Part shown: positions 17,785 to 27,092 of the stretch, piece by piece
Layout: each line of letters opens with the position of its first letter
Numbering within the stretch: position 1 is the stretch's first letter
Source: Pseudomonadota bacterium
GTDB taxonomy: Bacteria; Desulfobacterota; Desulfovibrionia; Desulfovibrionales; Desulfovibrionaceae
Length of the DNA stretch: 64,000 nucleotides
Reading direction: 5' to 3'
Assembly: GCA_018817515.1 (NCBI GenBank)
Contig: JAHIUD010000044.1
Span: forward strand, 7,031 to 71,030
The notes under the pieces: generated by a model
The model's database searches: none
Seen by the model: the letters and a program-made list of their open reading frames with translations, nothing else
Told to the model about the DNA's origin: nothing
Program-made: the position numbers and the translations under genes

Positions 17785-20336
17785 TTGACCATGACTCCGC
17801 GCACGCCGCCCGACACGAGGGTGGCGATGTTGGCCAGCACGCGCGGCGGCACGGTGCCGCCTGGGCAGGCCAGGTATTTGGATTCCCAGATGGGGTCGAA
17901 CTTGTCCTTGAACCGTCTTAAGCCCTGGAAATTGTAGAGCGTTCCACCATAGCTGTAAAGCATTCCGCCCAGGCGCGTCCAGGTGGGCGCAAGAAAGTGC
18001 CGCTCCAGGCCGGAGAAGGGCGCCATGCCCAGGTTGAACCACTGGTAGCCCTGCTCGCGGCCCCAGAGCATGAGCATGATGTAGAGGTACTCCATGACGC
18101 TGGTGGGCGCTTCCGGCGCGTAGCGCATGAGGTCCACGGAGAGCTCCTCGCGGCCGTCGCACTCCCACAGGTTGGCGAAGGCGACTATGCGGCCCTCCCG
18201 GCGCACCAGGGCGATGGCGCAGCCCTTGAGGTATTCCACGTGGAAGAAGCCCAGGGAGAACTTCTTTTCGCGCGCGTTCTTGGAGGCCAGCCAGGCGTCG
18301 GACACGGCGCGCAGCTCGGGCATAAGCCCGGGAACGGCGCTGGCGGGCGCGAGTTCGAAGACGCAGCCTTCCTTCTCGATCATGTTGCGCGTGTAGCGCA
18401 GGCCCTTGCGCGCCTGCCCGGCCAGGGAGAATTCCTGCAGGTTCACCCGCGCCTCCTCGCCGATCTTGACGATGGCCAGGCCCAGGTCCAGGTACAGCGG
18501 CAGGTTTTCCTTGCCAGCCTGATAGAAGGCGGTCCACCCGGCGTAGAGGTCCACCATCTCCCGGAAGCGCCAGGCCAGCTCCTCGCGCGCGGCGGCCGGG
18601 CCCACGGGGTCGCCCATGCAGACCCAGCTGCGTCCGGCCACGGCGTACATGAGAAAGCCCGTGCCGTCCTGGCTCACCAGAAAGCTCTTGTCGCGCAGCA
18701 TGGCCAGGTGGGCGAAGGTGTTGGGCGACTTGGCCACCACCGCGCGCACGGTCTGCATGTCGCCTTCGCTGGCAGGCACGTAGCGGGGCCGGGCGGAGCG
18801 CATGAGGCGCAGCGCGGCCACGAAGACCACGCCCACCAGGATGCCCACCGTGGCGCGCATGAAACGGCTGGCCTCGTCCTCGAAGGTGAACACCCACCAC
18901 AGCGAGCGGTCCAGGGCGTCGTCGCCGTAGGCCATGACGCCCAGGAGCATGGAGCAGCCCAGCGCCAGCACGATGGCCGTGATCCAGCCCAGGGTGAAGC
19001 CCTCGGACAGCAGCGAGGCCCTGCGGTAGAAGAACTTGTGGCAGGGCAGAAGCGCCAGCAGGAGCACGGTGAGGAAGAAAGCCTCCTCGTAGTCCAGGCC
19101 CTTGAGCAGGCTGGCGATGATGCCCATGAAGAGCACCATGGCGGTGACGTAGTAGGCCGCGTCCAGGCGCTTGTGCAGGCCGCGGGCCAGGATGAGCAGG
19201 CCCAGGCCCGCCAGGCTGCCCATGAAGTGCGAGGCCTCCAGCACCCCCAGGGGCAGGAAGTTCTCAAGCCAGTTCAGGCGCGAGGACACCGAAGGAGTGG
19301 CGCCGGAGAAGAGCAGGATCGCCCCGGCCAGGAAGGTGGTCACGGCAAGGGCGCGCGGGGCCACCACGGGCAGCCAGTCGCCCAGAAAGGCCAGGATGCC
19401 CTTGAGCGTGTTTTTGGCGGCGATTGTCTCGCGGATGCCGAGCAGCGCGCCAGCCACGGCCAAAGGCGCGGCGTAGTAGACCAGGCGGTAGGTCACCAGG
19501 GTGGCGAAAAGCGTGGGCGCGGGGATGCGCGGGGTCAACAGGAAGATCAGGCAGGACTCGAACACGCCCAGCCCGCCGGGCACCTGGCTGATGAGGCCCG
19601 CGATCTGCCCGAGGAGGAAGGCCCCCAGCACCAGCGGAAAGTTCGGGCTGACCCAGGGCGGCAGCAGGGCGTAGAACACCGCCGCCGCCAGCGCCCAGTC
19701 CAGCGAGGCCACGGTGACCTGGAGCAGCGCGCTCTTGAACTCCGGCAGCAGCAGCTCGAACTTCCCGATGCGCCAGGTGGGCTCCTTGCGCGATGCGGCC
19801 AGGAGGTAAACGAAAGGTGGCAGGAGCAGGAGGAAGCCCAGGGGCCGCGTGGTGTGGAAGGGCAGGCTGACCCAGTCCGGCAGGGGCAGGGGCTGCACGG
19901 TGAAGATGATGCCGCCGATGGAGAACAGCCCCAGCCACAAGGTCAGGGTGGTGAAGACCACGATTTTGGCGATCTCCGCCGGGCTGAGTCCCCAGGAGGT
20001 GTACAGCCGGTAGCGCACCGAGCTTCCGGCCAGAGTGGACAGCCCGATGGTGTTGCTGAAGGCGTTGCCCGCAAAGGAGGCGAAGGCCGCGCGCACGTGG
20101 GCCAGGGGGTGGCCGATGTAGTGCAGGGCCAGGATGTCGTAGCCCGCCAGCACGGCGAAGTTCACCGCCGTGAGCCCGAAGGCCAGGAGCAGGTCGTGCT
20201 GGGTCTCCGAGGCCAGGGTGTCCAGGATTTCCTGGAGGCTGTGCCCCGCGAGCTGCGCGGAAAGCGCCCAGCCCGCTGCGGCGAGCAGGGCCAGGGCCAG
20301 GGCAGGTCCGAAGAATGGCTTAAGCCGCTTGAGCAT
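17781..20336 (-). CDS. mprF: MprF-type bifunctional aminoacyl-phosphatidylglycerol synthase/flippase
   Basis: 851 aa with a large polytopic N-domain and a C-terminal LPG-synthase (DUF2156-type) domain (KKFSLGFF..., YNFQGLRRFKDKF). RBS GGGGAG. Confidence 0.9.
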   Translation of the reverse strand: MLKRLKPFFGPALALALLAAAGWALSAQLAGHSLQEILDTLASETQHDLLLAFGLTAVNFAVLAGYDILALHYIGHPLAHVRAAFASFAGNAFSNTIGLSTLAGSSVRYRLYTSWGLSPAEIAKIVVFTTLTLWLGLFSIGGIIFTVQPLPLPDWVSLPFHTTRPLGFLLLLPPFVYLLAASRKEPTWRIGKFELLLPEFKSALLQVTVASLDWALAAAVFYALLPPWVSPNFPLVLGAFLLGQIAGLISQVPGGLGVFESCLIFLLTPRIPAPTLFATLVTYRLVYYAAPLAVAGALLGIRETIAAKNTLKGILAFLGDWLPVVAPRALAVTTFLAGAILLFSGATPSVSSRLNWLENFLPLGVLEASHFMGSLAGLGLLILARGLHKRLDAAYYVTAMVLFMGIIASLLKGLDYEEAFFLTVLLLALLPCHKFFYRRASLLSEGFTLGWITAIVLALGCSMLLGVMAYGDDALDRSLWWVFTFEDEASRFMRATVGILVGVVFVAALRLMRSARPRYVPASEGDMQTVRAVVAKSPNTFAHLAMLRDKSFLVSQDGTGFLMYAVAGRSWVCMGDPVGPAAAREELAWRFREMVDLYAGWTAFYQAGKENLPLYLDLGLAIVKIGEEARVNLQEFSLAGQARKGLRYTRNMIEKEGCVFELAPASAVPGLMPELRAVSDAWLASKNAREKKFSLGFFHVEYLKGCAIALVRREGRIVAFANLWECDGREELSVDLMRYAPEAPTSVMEYLYIMLMLWGREQGYQWFNLGMAPFSGLERHFLAPTWTRLGGMLYSYGGTLYNFQGLRRFKDKFDPIWESKYLACPGGTVPPRVLANIATLVSGGVRGVMVK

Positions 20337-20495
20337 TCAATTCTCCCCGCCAATGGGGGGCGGCAGGTGTGGTTCTGCCGCTGTGGGGTGTGCATCCCGA
20401 AGCCTGAATCCCGCCTGCAACGCCGGATGATACGTCGGACGCCAAGTCGTCTCCTTGGCGCAACTGAAAAGCATACTTTGCGAGGCCAGTGCTCG

Positions 20496-21224
20496 TCAAA
20501 TACCGAGTGGCCCGGTGGCGGCCATTTTTGTCGGGAACTCGGCCCCGGAGAAAATGACCTGCCACAAGCGCTCGAAAGCGTGCCCGGTGTTGTCCGCATC
20601 GTCGGGGTCGGCCAGCACAAGGTCCAGGGCGTGGCGGTAGAAGGCCTCGGGCCGCGCTTGGATGCGCTCGGCGCGCACGAGCATGTTGCCTGTGGAGGCC
20701 CGGGCGATGAACTCCTGGGGCGCCGGGGCCTGGAACAGCGCCTCAAAGGTCTTGGCCACGGGGATGTCCTTGCCCCAGCCCTTCCAGCGGCCTTCCTTGG
20801 CCGGGTCGGCCAGGTCGTGCGGGCGGCCCAGGCCGTCGCAGCGCAGGCGGAACCAGGCCAGCCCGGCAAAGGGGGTGTCCTTGGCCGTCAGTTCCAGCAG
20901 GCGCAGGCGCAGACCCTCGGGTGTGGCTTGCGGCCGCTCTTCGTTTCGAGGGGGCGGGGCCAGATGCGCGAAGGGGTTGCCCTGCACGAAAGCCGTGTAG
21001 CGCGGCAGGCCGTGGTAGCGCGCCAGGATGTGCGTCAGGTACGTGTGCGCCTCGCGGCCCAGGTTGGGCAGGGCACGGACCTCGGCCCCCGGCGGCAGGC
21101 TGGACAGGTCCAGCTCCGGCCCCTTGTTGTAGACCACGCAGGGCAGGCCGACCTCGCGCAGCCACGAGAGGTCTTCGCGGTAGCGCGCCACCACGAGCTG
21201 AATATCTGCGGTGCTAGTCGTCAT
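20496..21224 (-). CDS. DUF3431-like protein of unknown function
   Basis: Start at MTTSTADI overlaps the larC stop by 11 nt. Motifs VVARYREDLSWL and NLGREAHTYLTHI resemble DUF3431 as I recall it. Not verified. Confidence 0.5.
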   Translation of the reverse strand: MTTSTADIQLVVARYREDLSWLREVGLPCVVYNKGPELDLSSLPPGAEVRALPNLGREAHTYLTHILARYHGLPRYTAFVQGNPFAHLAPPPRNEERPQATPEGLRLRLLELTAKDTPFAGLAWFRLRCDGLGRPHDLADPAKEGRWKGWGKDIPVAKTFEALFQAPAPQEFIARASTGNMLVRAERIQARPEAFYRHALDLVLADPDDADNTGHAFERLWQVIFSGAEFPTKMAATGPLGI

Positions 21225-21978
21225 GTCCGTGGCAGGCCTCGCATTCGTCGCCTTCCTCCCCGTCCTCGATGAGGTACGCACGCAGGAAGGTCGGGTAGGC
21301 GCCGTTTGAGTAGGTGCCGGAGCCGTAGCCCACGGCCAGCACGCTGCCCAGCGGCAGCGGCCCGTAGGAAGCGGCCATGGTCTTGACCAGGCAAAGGCCC
21401 GTGGGCGTGGCCAGCTCCATGCCGGACTCGGTGGCGAAGGTGCGCATGCCCTTGGCCAGCTCGGCGCAAGCCGGGGCAGGCACCGGGAAGCGTCCGTGGG
21501 AGAACTCCACGAACCCGGAGCCCAGGTTCACGGGCGAGGCCACAACGCGGTCCGCGCCGCTGGCCTCGGCCAGCAGGATGGCGCCCAGCACGTCGACCAC
21601 GGTGTCCACCGCGCCCACCTCGTGGAAGTGGATGCGTTCCAGCGGCTCGTTGTGGACCGTGGCCTCGGCGATGGCCAGGCGCGTCAGGGCCTCGATGCTG
21701 CCTTCCTTGACGCGCTGCGGCAGCTCCGCCGTGCCGACGATGCGCGTCAGGTCGGCCAGGTGGCGCAGGGGCTGGGGGCATTCGTCCAGCACTTCCACAC
21801 GGCGCGTGCGGATGCCCTGGATCATCTGCTCGGAAAAGCGCACGGACACGCCGGGCAGGCCAAGCGCGGCCACGGCCTCGGTAAGCAGCTGCGGGCCGTC
21901 CTCGAACATGTCCGAAAGGGCGGCCAGGAGCATGTCGCCGGAGACGCCCAAGGCGCATTCAAGATAGAGAGTTTTCAC
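21214..21978 (-). CDS. larC: LarC-family nickel insertion protein, N-terminal (LarC1-like) domain only
   Basis: MKTLYLECALGVSGDMLLAAL, HFHEVGAVDTVVDV and GRFPVPAPA. It ends in a Cys/His-rich tail (ECEACHGHDD) at the usual domain boundary. No LarC2 domain. Confidence 0.8.
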   Translation of the reverse strand: MKTLYLECALGVSGDMLLAALSDMFEDGPQLLTEAVAALGLPGVSVRFSEQMIQGIRTRRVEVLDECPQPLRHLADLTRIVGTAELPQRVKEGSIEALTRLAIAEATVHNEPLERIHFHEVGAVDTVVDVLGAILLAEASGADRVVASPVNLGSGFVEFSHGRFPVPAPACAELAKGMRTFATESGMELATPTGLCLVKTMAASYGPLPLGSVLAVGYGSGTYSNGAYPTFLRAYLIEDGEEGDECEACHGHDD

Positions 21979-21984
21979 GCAGGG

Positions 21985-22737
21985 TTATCCTTTGCTTGCG
22001 GTCACGCACTGGGCGTTGATGATATGGGCCATGTATCCGGCCCCGAAGCCGTTGTCGATGTTCACCACGGTGACGCCCGGGGCGCAGGAGTTGAGCATGG
22101 TCAACAGCGCGGCCAGGCCGCCGAAGCTGGCGCCATAGCCCACGCTGGTGGGCACGGCGATGACCGGCGCGGCCACGGCCCCGCCCACCACGGACGGCAG
22201 CGCGCCGTCCATGCCCGCCACAGCCACCACGGCGCGGGCGTCCAGAAAGTCGTCCAGCACCGAGAGGAAGCGGTGGATGCCCGCCACCCCGCAGTCGAAG
22301 TGGCGCACTACACGGCTGCCCAGGTGCTCGGCCACGCGCGCGGCTTCCTCGGCCACTGGCATGTCCGCCGTGCCCGCGCTGACCACGATGACCTTGCCCA
22401 CCAGCTCCACGGGCTCGCGCGTGACGCTCAGCACGCGGGAGATGGGGTCGTAGTGTGCGCCGGGCAGGTGCCGCACGGCTTCGAAATGCGCGGCGTTGGC
22501 GCGGGTGCCCAGCACACGGCCATTGGCCTGGGCCAGCTCCTGAAAGATGTGCGCCACGTGCTCCGGGGTCTTGCCCTGGCAGAACACCACCTCGGGCTGG
22601 CCCTTGCGCAGCAGGCGGTGGTGGTCCAGCCGGGCGAACCCGGCGTCGGCGTAGCTGTGGCCGGTCAACTGGCGCTTGATCTCCTCAGCCGTGACCCGCC
22701 CCTGGCGGAATTCCTCAAGCAGCGCGTCCACGTTCAC
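21985..22737 (-). CDS. larB: LarB, nickel-pincer cofactor biosynthesis carboxylase/hydrolase (PurE-like)
   Basis: PurE-like core VIVVSAGTADMPVAEEA and AVAGMDGALPSVVGG. Confidence 0.85.
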   Translation of the reverse strand: MNVDALLEEFRQGRVTAEEIKRQLTGHSYADAGFARLDHHRLLRKGQPEVVFCQGKTPEHVAHIFQELAQANGRVLGTRANAAHFEAVRHLPGAHYDPISRVLSVTREPVELVGKVIVVSAGTADMPVAEEAARVAEHLGSRVVRHFDCGVAGIHRFLSVLDDFLDARAVVAVAGMDGALPSVVGGAVAAPVIAVPTSVGYGASFGGLAALLTMLNSCAPGVTVVNIDNGFGAGYMAHIINAQCVTASKG

Positions 22738-23561
22738 AGGCGTTCTCCCAGATCAAAGTGTGCAAAACCGATGAATCGCGCCCGTTCCGCCAGCCGCGCG
22801 GCCAGGCTCTGGGCCAGCAGAAGCTGGGCCGGGCGCACCAGCAGTTGCACTCCGTCTTGCCCGCCATTCGTACAGCCTTTGGGGCCACCATTTTGGCAGG
22901 CCACCAGCCGCGCGCGCAGGTCGACAAGCCCCAGCTCCCGCGCCGTGCGCTCCAGGGCCTCGATGGCCGTGAGGCGCTTGAAGGTCAGCGCGACGCCCTC
23001 GGGCACCCGGGTGGCTAGGCAGGAGTTGGACGGGTCCTCGGCGTTGGGCAGGCCCACCAGCCGCGCCAACTGGCGCACCCCGGCCTTGTCGATGCCACAA
23101 GCGGCAAGCGGCGAGTGCGCGCCGTATTCGGCCACAGCCCGCCTGCCCGGACGCGCCGGGTCGTCGTCGGCGTTGGTGCCCTCGGCCAGGGCCACATCCG
23201 GCCCCAGGTTTTCCAGCGCCGCAGCGCGAACTTCAGAGAGCACCAGCCCCTTGCACAGGTAGCAGCGCTCCGGCCCGTTGGCCCGCAGGCCCGCGTCGGC
23301 CAGGGCCGACATGCTGCGCACCAGCACCCGCGCGCCGCGCTCGCGTCCGAGGAACATGGCCAGCCGGTCGGCGCGCTCGCGCTCCGCCGCGCAGACGAAT
23401 TCCGAACGCACAGCCACGCCCACGGCCCGCTGGCCAAGCGCCACAGCCGCAGCCCAAAGCGCCAGCGAGCTGTCCACACCGCCGGAAAAGGCCACAGCCA
23501 CCGGACGGTCTGAGCCGATGGCGCGGAAGGCGTCGATGAGTCTGGTCAGTCGTGGGTCCAT
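22734..23561 (-). CDS. larE: LarE, PP-loop ATP-dependent sulfur transferase
   Basis: PP-loop AFSGGVDSS, then ERCYLCKG and SCLATR. Start at MDPRLTRL. 4-nt overlap with larB. Confidence 0.85.
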   Translation of the reverse strand: MDPRLTRLIDAFRAIGSDRPVAVAFSGGVDSSLALWAAAVALGQRAVGVAVRSEFVCAAERERADRLAMFLGRERGARVLVRSMSALADAGLRANGPERCYLCKGLVLSEVRAAALENLGPDVALAEGTNADDDPARPGRRAVAEYGAHSPLAACGIDKAGVRQLARLVGLPNAEDPSNSCLATRVPEGVALTFKRLTAIEALERTARELGLVDLRARLVACQNGGPKGCTNGGQDGVQLLVRPAQLLLAQSLAARLAERARFIGFAHFDLGERL

Positions 23562-23648
23562 GTATGTGCTCTGTCCATGCTTTGCCGAGCTGGCCACCCA
23601 GGAAGGGGGCGTGGGCATCTACTGTTTCCCGGCAAGGTCCATGTTCCC

Positions 23649-24062
23649 TTAATCTTCGTCCCTGGGCTGGGCCTTGCGCGGCTGTGGGCCGAAAAGCACG
23701 TCCATGTTCTCGGCGTCCATGGCCTGATACCCGAGAATATTGGACGCGGGCAGGAAAAAGGCTTCCTCGACGAGGGGTTCAAACCCGCCCTGTCCATCGC
23801 TTAGTTCAATGAACGGTGTGAGAAAGGCGCCAAGCGCGTTCAGGCCGCACAGATGGAGCATGGTGAAGCCTTTGGACGTGTCACGGTGCTTGGGCGTCTG
23901 GTAGGCGAGCAGCCCTTCCGGGATGGCTTTCAAATAAATCCGCAGGCCGGTGAAGGGCTCGATGAAATCGCGCAAGGCCAAGGCTTCCGCGAATTCCGCA
24001 CCGATCCAGTTGTCAAAGGCCTGCGGAATTTTCACGTCCAGATATGTTACGCAAAGCTCCAT
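23649..24062 (-). CDS. hypothetical protein (137 aa), no recognisable family
   Basis: Good RBS (AAGGAG) and non-repetitive composition. It is embedded in the same-strand operon between the MATE gene and larE. Confidence 0.6.
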   Translation of the reverse strand: MELCVTYLDVKIPQAFDNWIGAEFAEALALRDFIEPFTGLRIYLKAIPEGLLAYQTPKHRDTSKGFTMLHLCGLNALGAFLTPFIELSDGQGGFEPLVEEAFFLPASNILGYQAMDAENMDVLFGPQPRKAQPRDED

Positions 24063-24144
24063 TTTGCCTGGCTCCTTGGTCTGTCGGGGCTTGGCGCCGC
24101 CCGCCCGCCATAGGACGTCACCTTCGCCAAGGCCCCAGGCGCTG

Positions 24145-25575
24145 TCAAGGACAAGCGTGCGGCGTTTCTTCGATGACCTTGATGCGCTGCCAGTGGCCGC
24201 TGCGGAAGCGCAGGGAGAAGGAGAGCGCCAGGGTGGCGATGTAGGCCGTGAGGCAGAGCCACGGGCCGTGGATGCCGCCGGTGCCGGTCTGGACGAGGAG
24301 CCAGGTGGGCAGGATGAGTACGCCCATGCTGGCGGCGAGCATGGTCAGCATGACGAAGCGGGTGTCGCCCGCGCCTTTGAGCGCGCCGAAGTAGATGATG
24401 GAGACGCCGTCAATGAGGCTGTAGAGCGCCACGTAGCGCAGCAGCACCACGCCCATGTCCTTGATGTCGGCGAAGGCCGGGGTGCCGGGCAGCGGAGCGA
24501 CGCCGGGCGTGGTCTCAAAGAGGTTGAGCAGCGGGCCGGGCAGCAGCACGAAGATGAGGCCAACGGCCCACATCCAGGCAAGGGACAGGCGCAGGATGTT
24601 GCCCGTGGCGCGCTGGGCGATGTCCGGGCGTTTCTGGCCCTGGCTGCGGCCCACGAGGATGCTCGTGGCGATGGACATGCCGATGATGGGCAGATAGGTC
24701 AGCGAGTTGATGGAGAAGGCGATGTTCGTGGCCGAGAGCGCCACCAGCCCCAGGCGGCCGACCAGCAGCGAGAACCCGGTGAGAGCCAGGATGTCGAGGA
24801 AGAACTGCACGCCCGCAGGGGCGCCGATGCGCATGAGCCGGAGCAGCATCTCCGCGTCCGGGCGGGGCATGGCGGCGATCTTGTGGCGCGCCCTGGCCTC
24901 TGGCGAGAGCACGATGAGCGCCACGAACAGCAGGCAGATTATGGCGCTGCCCGCCACCGTGGCCATGGCCGCGCCGCGCAGGCCCAGTTCCGGCGCGCCC
25001 CATTTGCCGAAGATCAGCGCGTAGTCCAGCGGGATGTTCAGCGCGGCTCCGGCCAGGTTCACCAGCATCACCGGAACCGTGCGCTCCAGCCCGGAAAAGT
25101 ACGACGAAAGCGTGGTGGACAAAATCATGAAGCCCCCGCCCAGGGTGAGGATGAAGAAGTAATCGGCCTCCAGGGCGCGCACCTCCTCCGGGTGGCCGGC
25201 CCAGGCGAACAGCGGCCCGCCGAGGAAGGCCAGGCCCGCAAGGATGAGCGCCGCAGCCAGGCTGAACCACACGCCCTGCCACAGCGCCGGGCCCACGCGC
25301 TCCGGGCGGCAGGCCCCGGCATATTGCGCCACCAGCACGCTGACGCAGCTGGCCACGCCCATGAAAAAGCCCAGGAACATGAAGGAAGTAAGGCCCGCAG
25401 GCACCGAGGCGGCGATCTCGGCCACGCTGTGGCGGCCCAGAAACACACGGTCCGTGAACTGCATGAGGGTCATGGTGCCCATGCTGACCATGAGCGGCGT
25501 GCCGATGGCCAGGGCCTCGCGGATGCCGCCGGGGCCTTGCCATCTGCTGGTCCAGCTTTCCTTCACTGCGTTCAT
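24145..25575 (-). CDS. MATE family efflux transporter
   Basis: 12-TM protein with a MATE-like N-terminus (IREALAIGTPLMVSMGTMTLMQFTDRVFLG). ATGA overlap with the upstream gene. Confidence 0.88.
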   Translation of the reverse strand: MNAVKESWTSRWQGPGGIREALAIGTPLMVSMGTMTLMQFTDRVFLGRHSVAEIAASVPAGLTSFMFLGFFMGVASCVSVLVAQYAGACRPERVGPALWQGVWFSLAAALILAGLAFLGGPLFAWAGHPEEVRALEADYFFILTLGGGFMILSTTLSSYFSGLERTVPVMLVNLAGAALNIPLDYALIFGKWGAPELGLRGAAMATVAGSAIICLLFVALIVLSPEARARHKIAAMPRPDAEMLLRLMRIGAPAGVQFFLDILALTGFSLLVGRLGLVALSATNIAFSINSLTYLPIIGMSIATSILVGRSQGQKRPDIAQRATGNILRLSLAWMWAVGLIFVLLPGPLLNLFETTPGVAPLPGTPAFADIKDMGVVLLRYVALYSLIDGVSIIYFGALKGAGDTRFVMLTMLAASMGVLILPTWLLVQTGTGGIHGPWLCLTAYIATLALSFSLRFRSGHWQRIKVIEETPHACP

Positions 25576-26801
25576 ACCGCCTGCCCGGCGCAGAACCCGG
25601 AGGCCCAGGCCCATTGCAGGTTGTACCCGCCGAGTTCGCCCGCCACGTCAAGCGCCTCGCCGATGGCGAAGAGCCCGGGCAGCTTGCGGCACTCGAAGGT
25701 CTTGGGCGAAAACTGCGTGGTGCAAAGCCCGCCGCTGGCGGCCTCGGCCCGGGTCATGCCCAGCGTGCCCGAGGGCGATACGCGCCAGGCGTGCACGATG
25801 TCGGCCAGGGCCTGCATCTGCGCCTTGGACAGCTCCGCGCACTTGCGCTGGGCCAGGGCGGTGAGCTCCGGCGTCAGCGCGCTTATGAGGGCGTCCGCCA
25901 GCCTGCGCGGCACGAGGCCCGCCAGCACGGTCCGCGCCTGGAGCCTGCCATGGGCCGGGTCGCGCAGGAGCTGCTTCAGGTCGGCTGCGGGCGCGAGGTC
26001 GATGGTCAGGGCCTCGCCCTTGCGCCAGTGTGACGAGATCTGCAGCACCGCCGGGCCGGACAGGCCCTGGTGGGTGAACAGCAGGCCGTCGGTGTAGGTT
26101 TTGCCCAGGCTTGACACGGCGGCGCTGGCGACGCTCAGGCCCGAGAGCTCCCGGCACAGGGCGAGCATGGATCCGGTGCAGGTGAGCGGCGTCAGCGCGG
26201 GCCGGGCCGGGAGATGCGTCAGGCCCAGGGCCCCGGAGAGCCGGGCGATGGAGTCCGAGCCGCCCAGGGCGGGCCAGGCCGGGCTGCCCAGGGCGAGGAC
26301 CACGCGCGGGGCGCTGAGCGTGCCCTTGTCCGTGTCGACGATGAAGCCGGTACCGTCAGGCGTTTGGGTCGGGGTGACGGCCTCCACCCGGTGGTTCAGC
26401 AGGAAGCGGCATCCGGCCTTGCGGCAGGCCCCTTCCAGGGCGTCGGTCAGCGGGGTGGCCCCCTGGTCGCAGAACATGCGGCCAAAGTCCTCCTTGCTGG
26501 CCGAAAGGCCGAGCCCTTCCAGCAGGGTCAGGAAATTCTGCGGGGTAAAGCGCTTGAGCGCCTGGGCCGCGAACTTCGGGTTGGCCGAGAGGTAGTGCGC
26601 CGGGGAGGCGTCCAGGTTGGTGCAGTTGCAGCGCCCGCCGCCCGAGGCGCGAAGCTTGCGGGCAGTGATCTCGGAGGCGTCCACCAGGGTCGCGCGGCGG
26701 CCCCTGCGGGCTGCGGCGAGGGCGCAAAGGAGCCCGGCCGGGCCAGCCCCCAGGATGAGGACGTGCGGCTGGAAGTCGGTGTATGATTTGGGTTGGCGCA
26801 T
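25572..26801 (-). CDS. HI0933/BaiN-family NAD(P)/FAD-dependent flavoprotein
   Basis: ILGAGPAGLLCA dinucleotide fold, GGGRCNCTN signature and C-terminal GEALDVAGELGGYNLQWA. Confidence 0.85.
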   Translation of the reverse strand: MRQPKSYTDFQPHVLILGAGPAGLLCALAAARRGRRATLVDASEITARKLRASGGGRCNCTNLDASPAHYLSANPKFAAQALKRFTPQNFLTLLEGLGLSASKEDFGRMFCDQGATPLTDALEGACRKAGCRFLLNHRVEAVTPTQTPDGTGFIVDTDKGTLSAPRVVLALGSPAWPALGGSDSIARLSGALGLTHLPARPALTPLTCTGSMLALCRELSGLSVASAAVSSLGKTYTDGLLFTHQGLSGPAVLQISSHWRKGEALTIDLAPAADLKQLLRDPAHGRLQARTVLAGLVPRRLADALISALTPELTALAQRKCAELSKAQMQALADIVHAWRVSPSGTLGMTRAEAASGGLCTTQFSPKTFECRKLPGLFAIGEALDVAGELGGYNLQWAWASGFCAGQAV

Positions 26802-26928
26802 GGCGCGGTTGTAGGGGATGCGCGCCGGGAACACAAGCCGCGCAACCGGCTCCCCCTTCCCATCCGCCGCAGACTGTGCTAGGAACACGGCTGGAGCGCG
26901 GCTCCGAAAACTTCAAGAGGGGTGGGTC

Positions 26929-27018
26929 ATGGATTTCACTTTCTTTTTCGCCGGATTGTTCAGTGTCATCGCGGCTCTGTTGGTCATCAAGAAGACGACC
27001 CCGAACGGACACCACTAG
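26929..27018 (+). CDS. candidate 29-aa single-TM peptide
   Basis: MDFTFFFAGLFSVIAALLVIKKTTPNGHH. SD-like GAGGGGTGGG upstream and an intrinsic terminator downstream. Unverifiable by homology here. Confidence 0.35.
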   Translation: MDFTFFFAGLFSVIAALLVIKKTTPNGHH

Positions 27019-27092
27019 GCCCTGAGCCTCGCGCCGTTCGTTCGTTTACGTTCCTTGCCGGTCTTTTTGGGCGGTGAGGGGCACGGCTTTTC

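Noticed and set aside
17785-18900. Upstream part of the 860-aa ORF 16318..18900
   Set aside because: It overlaps the MprF C-terminal domain in another frame and is Arg/Gly/Pro-rich. The VirJ-like protein begins at the signal-peptide Met at 17784, with an ATGA coupling.
17997-21272. 1091-aa plus-strand ORF, plus the similar 16255..17937 ORF
   Set aside because: Both are antisense to MprF, VirJ and the DUF3431-like gene and are Gly/Ala/His/Arg/Gln-rich shadow frames.
21496-26097. 588-aa (21496..23262) and 715-aa (23950..26097) plus-strand ORFs
   Set aside because: Both are antisense to the larC/B/E and MATE/flavoprotein genes, which have clear family motifs, and both have shadow composition.
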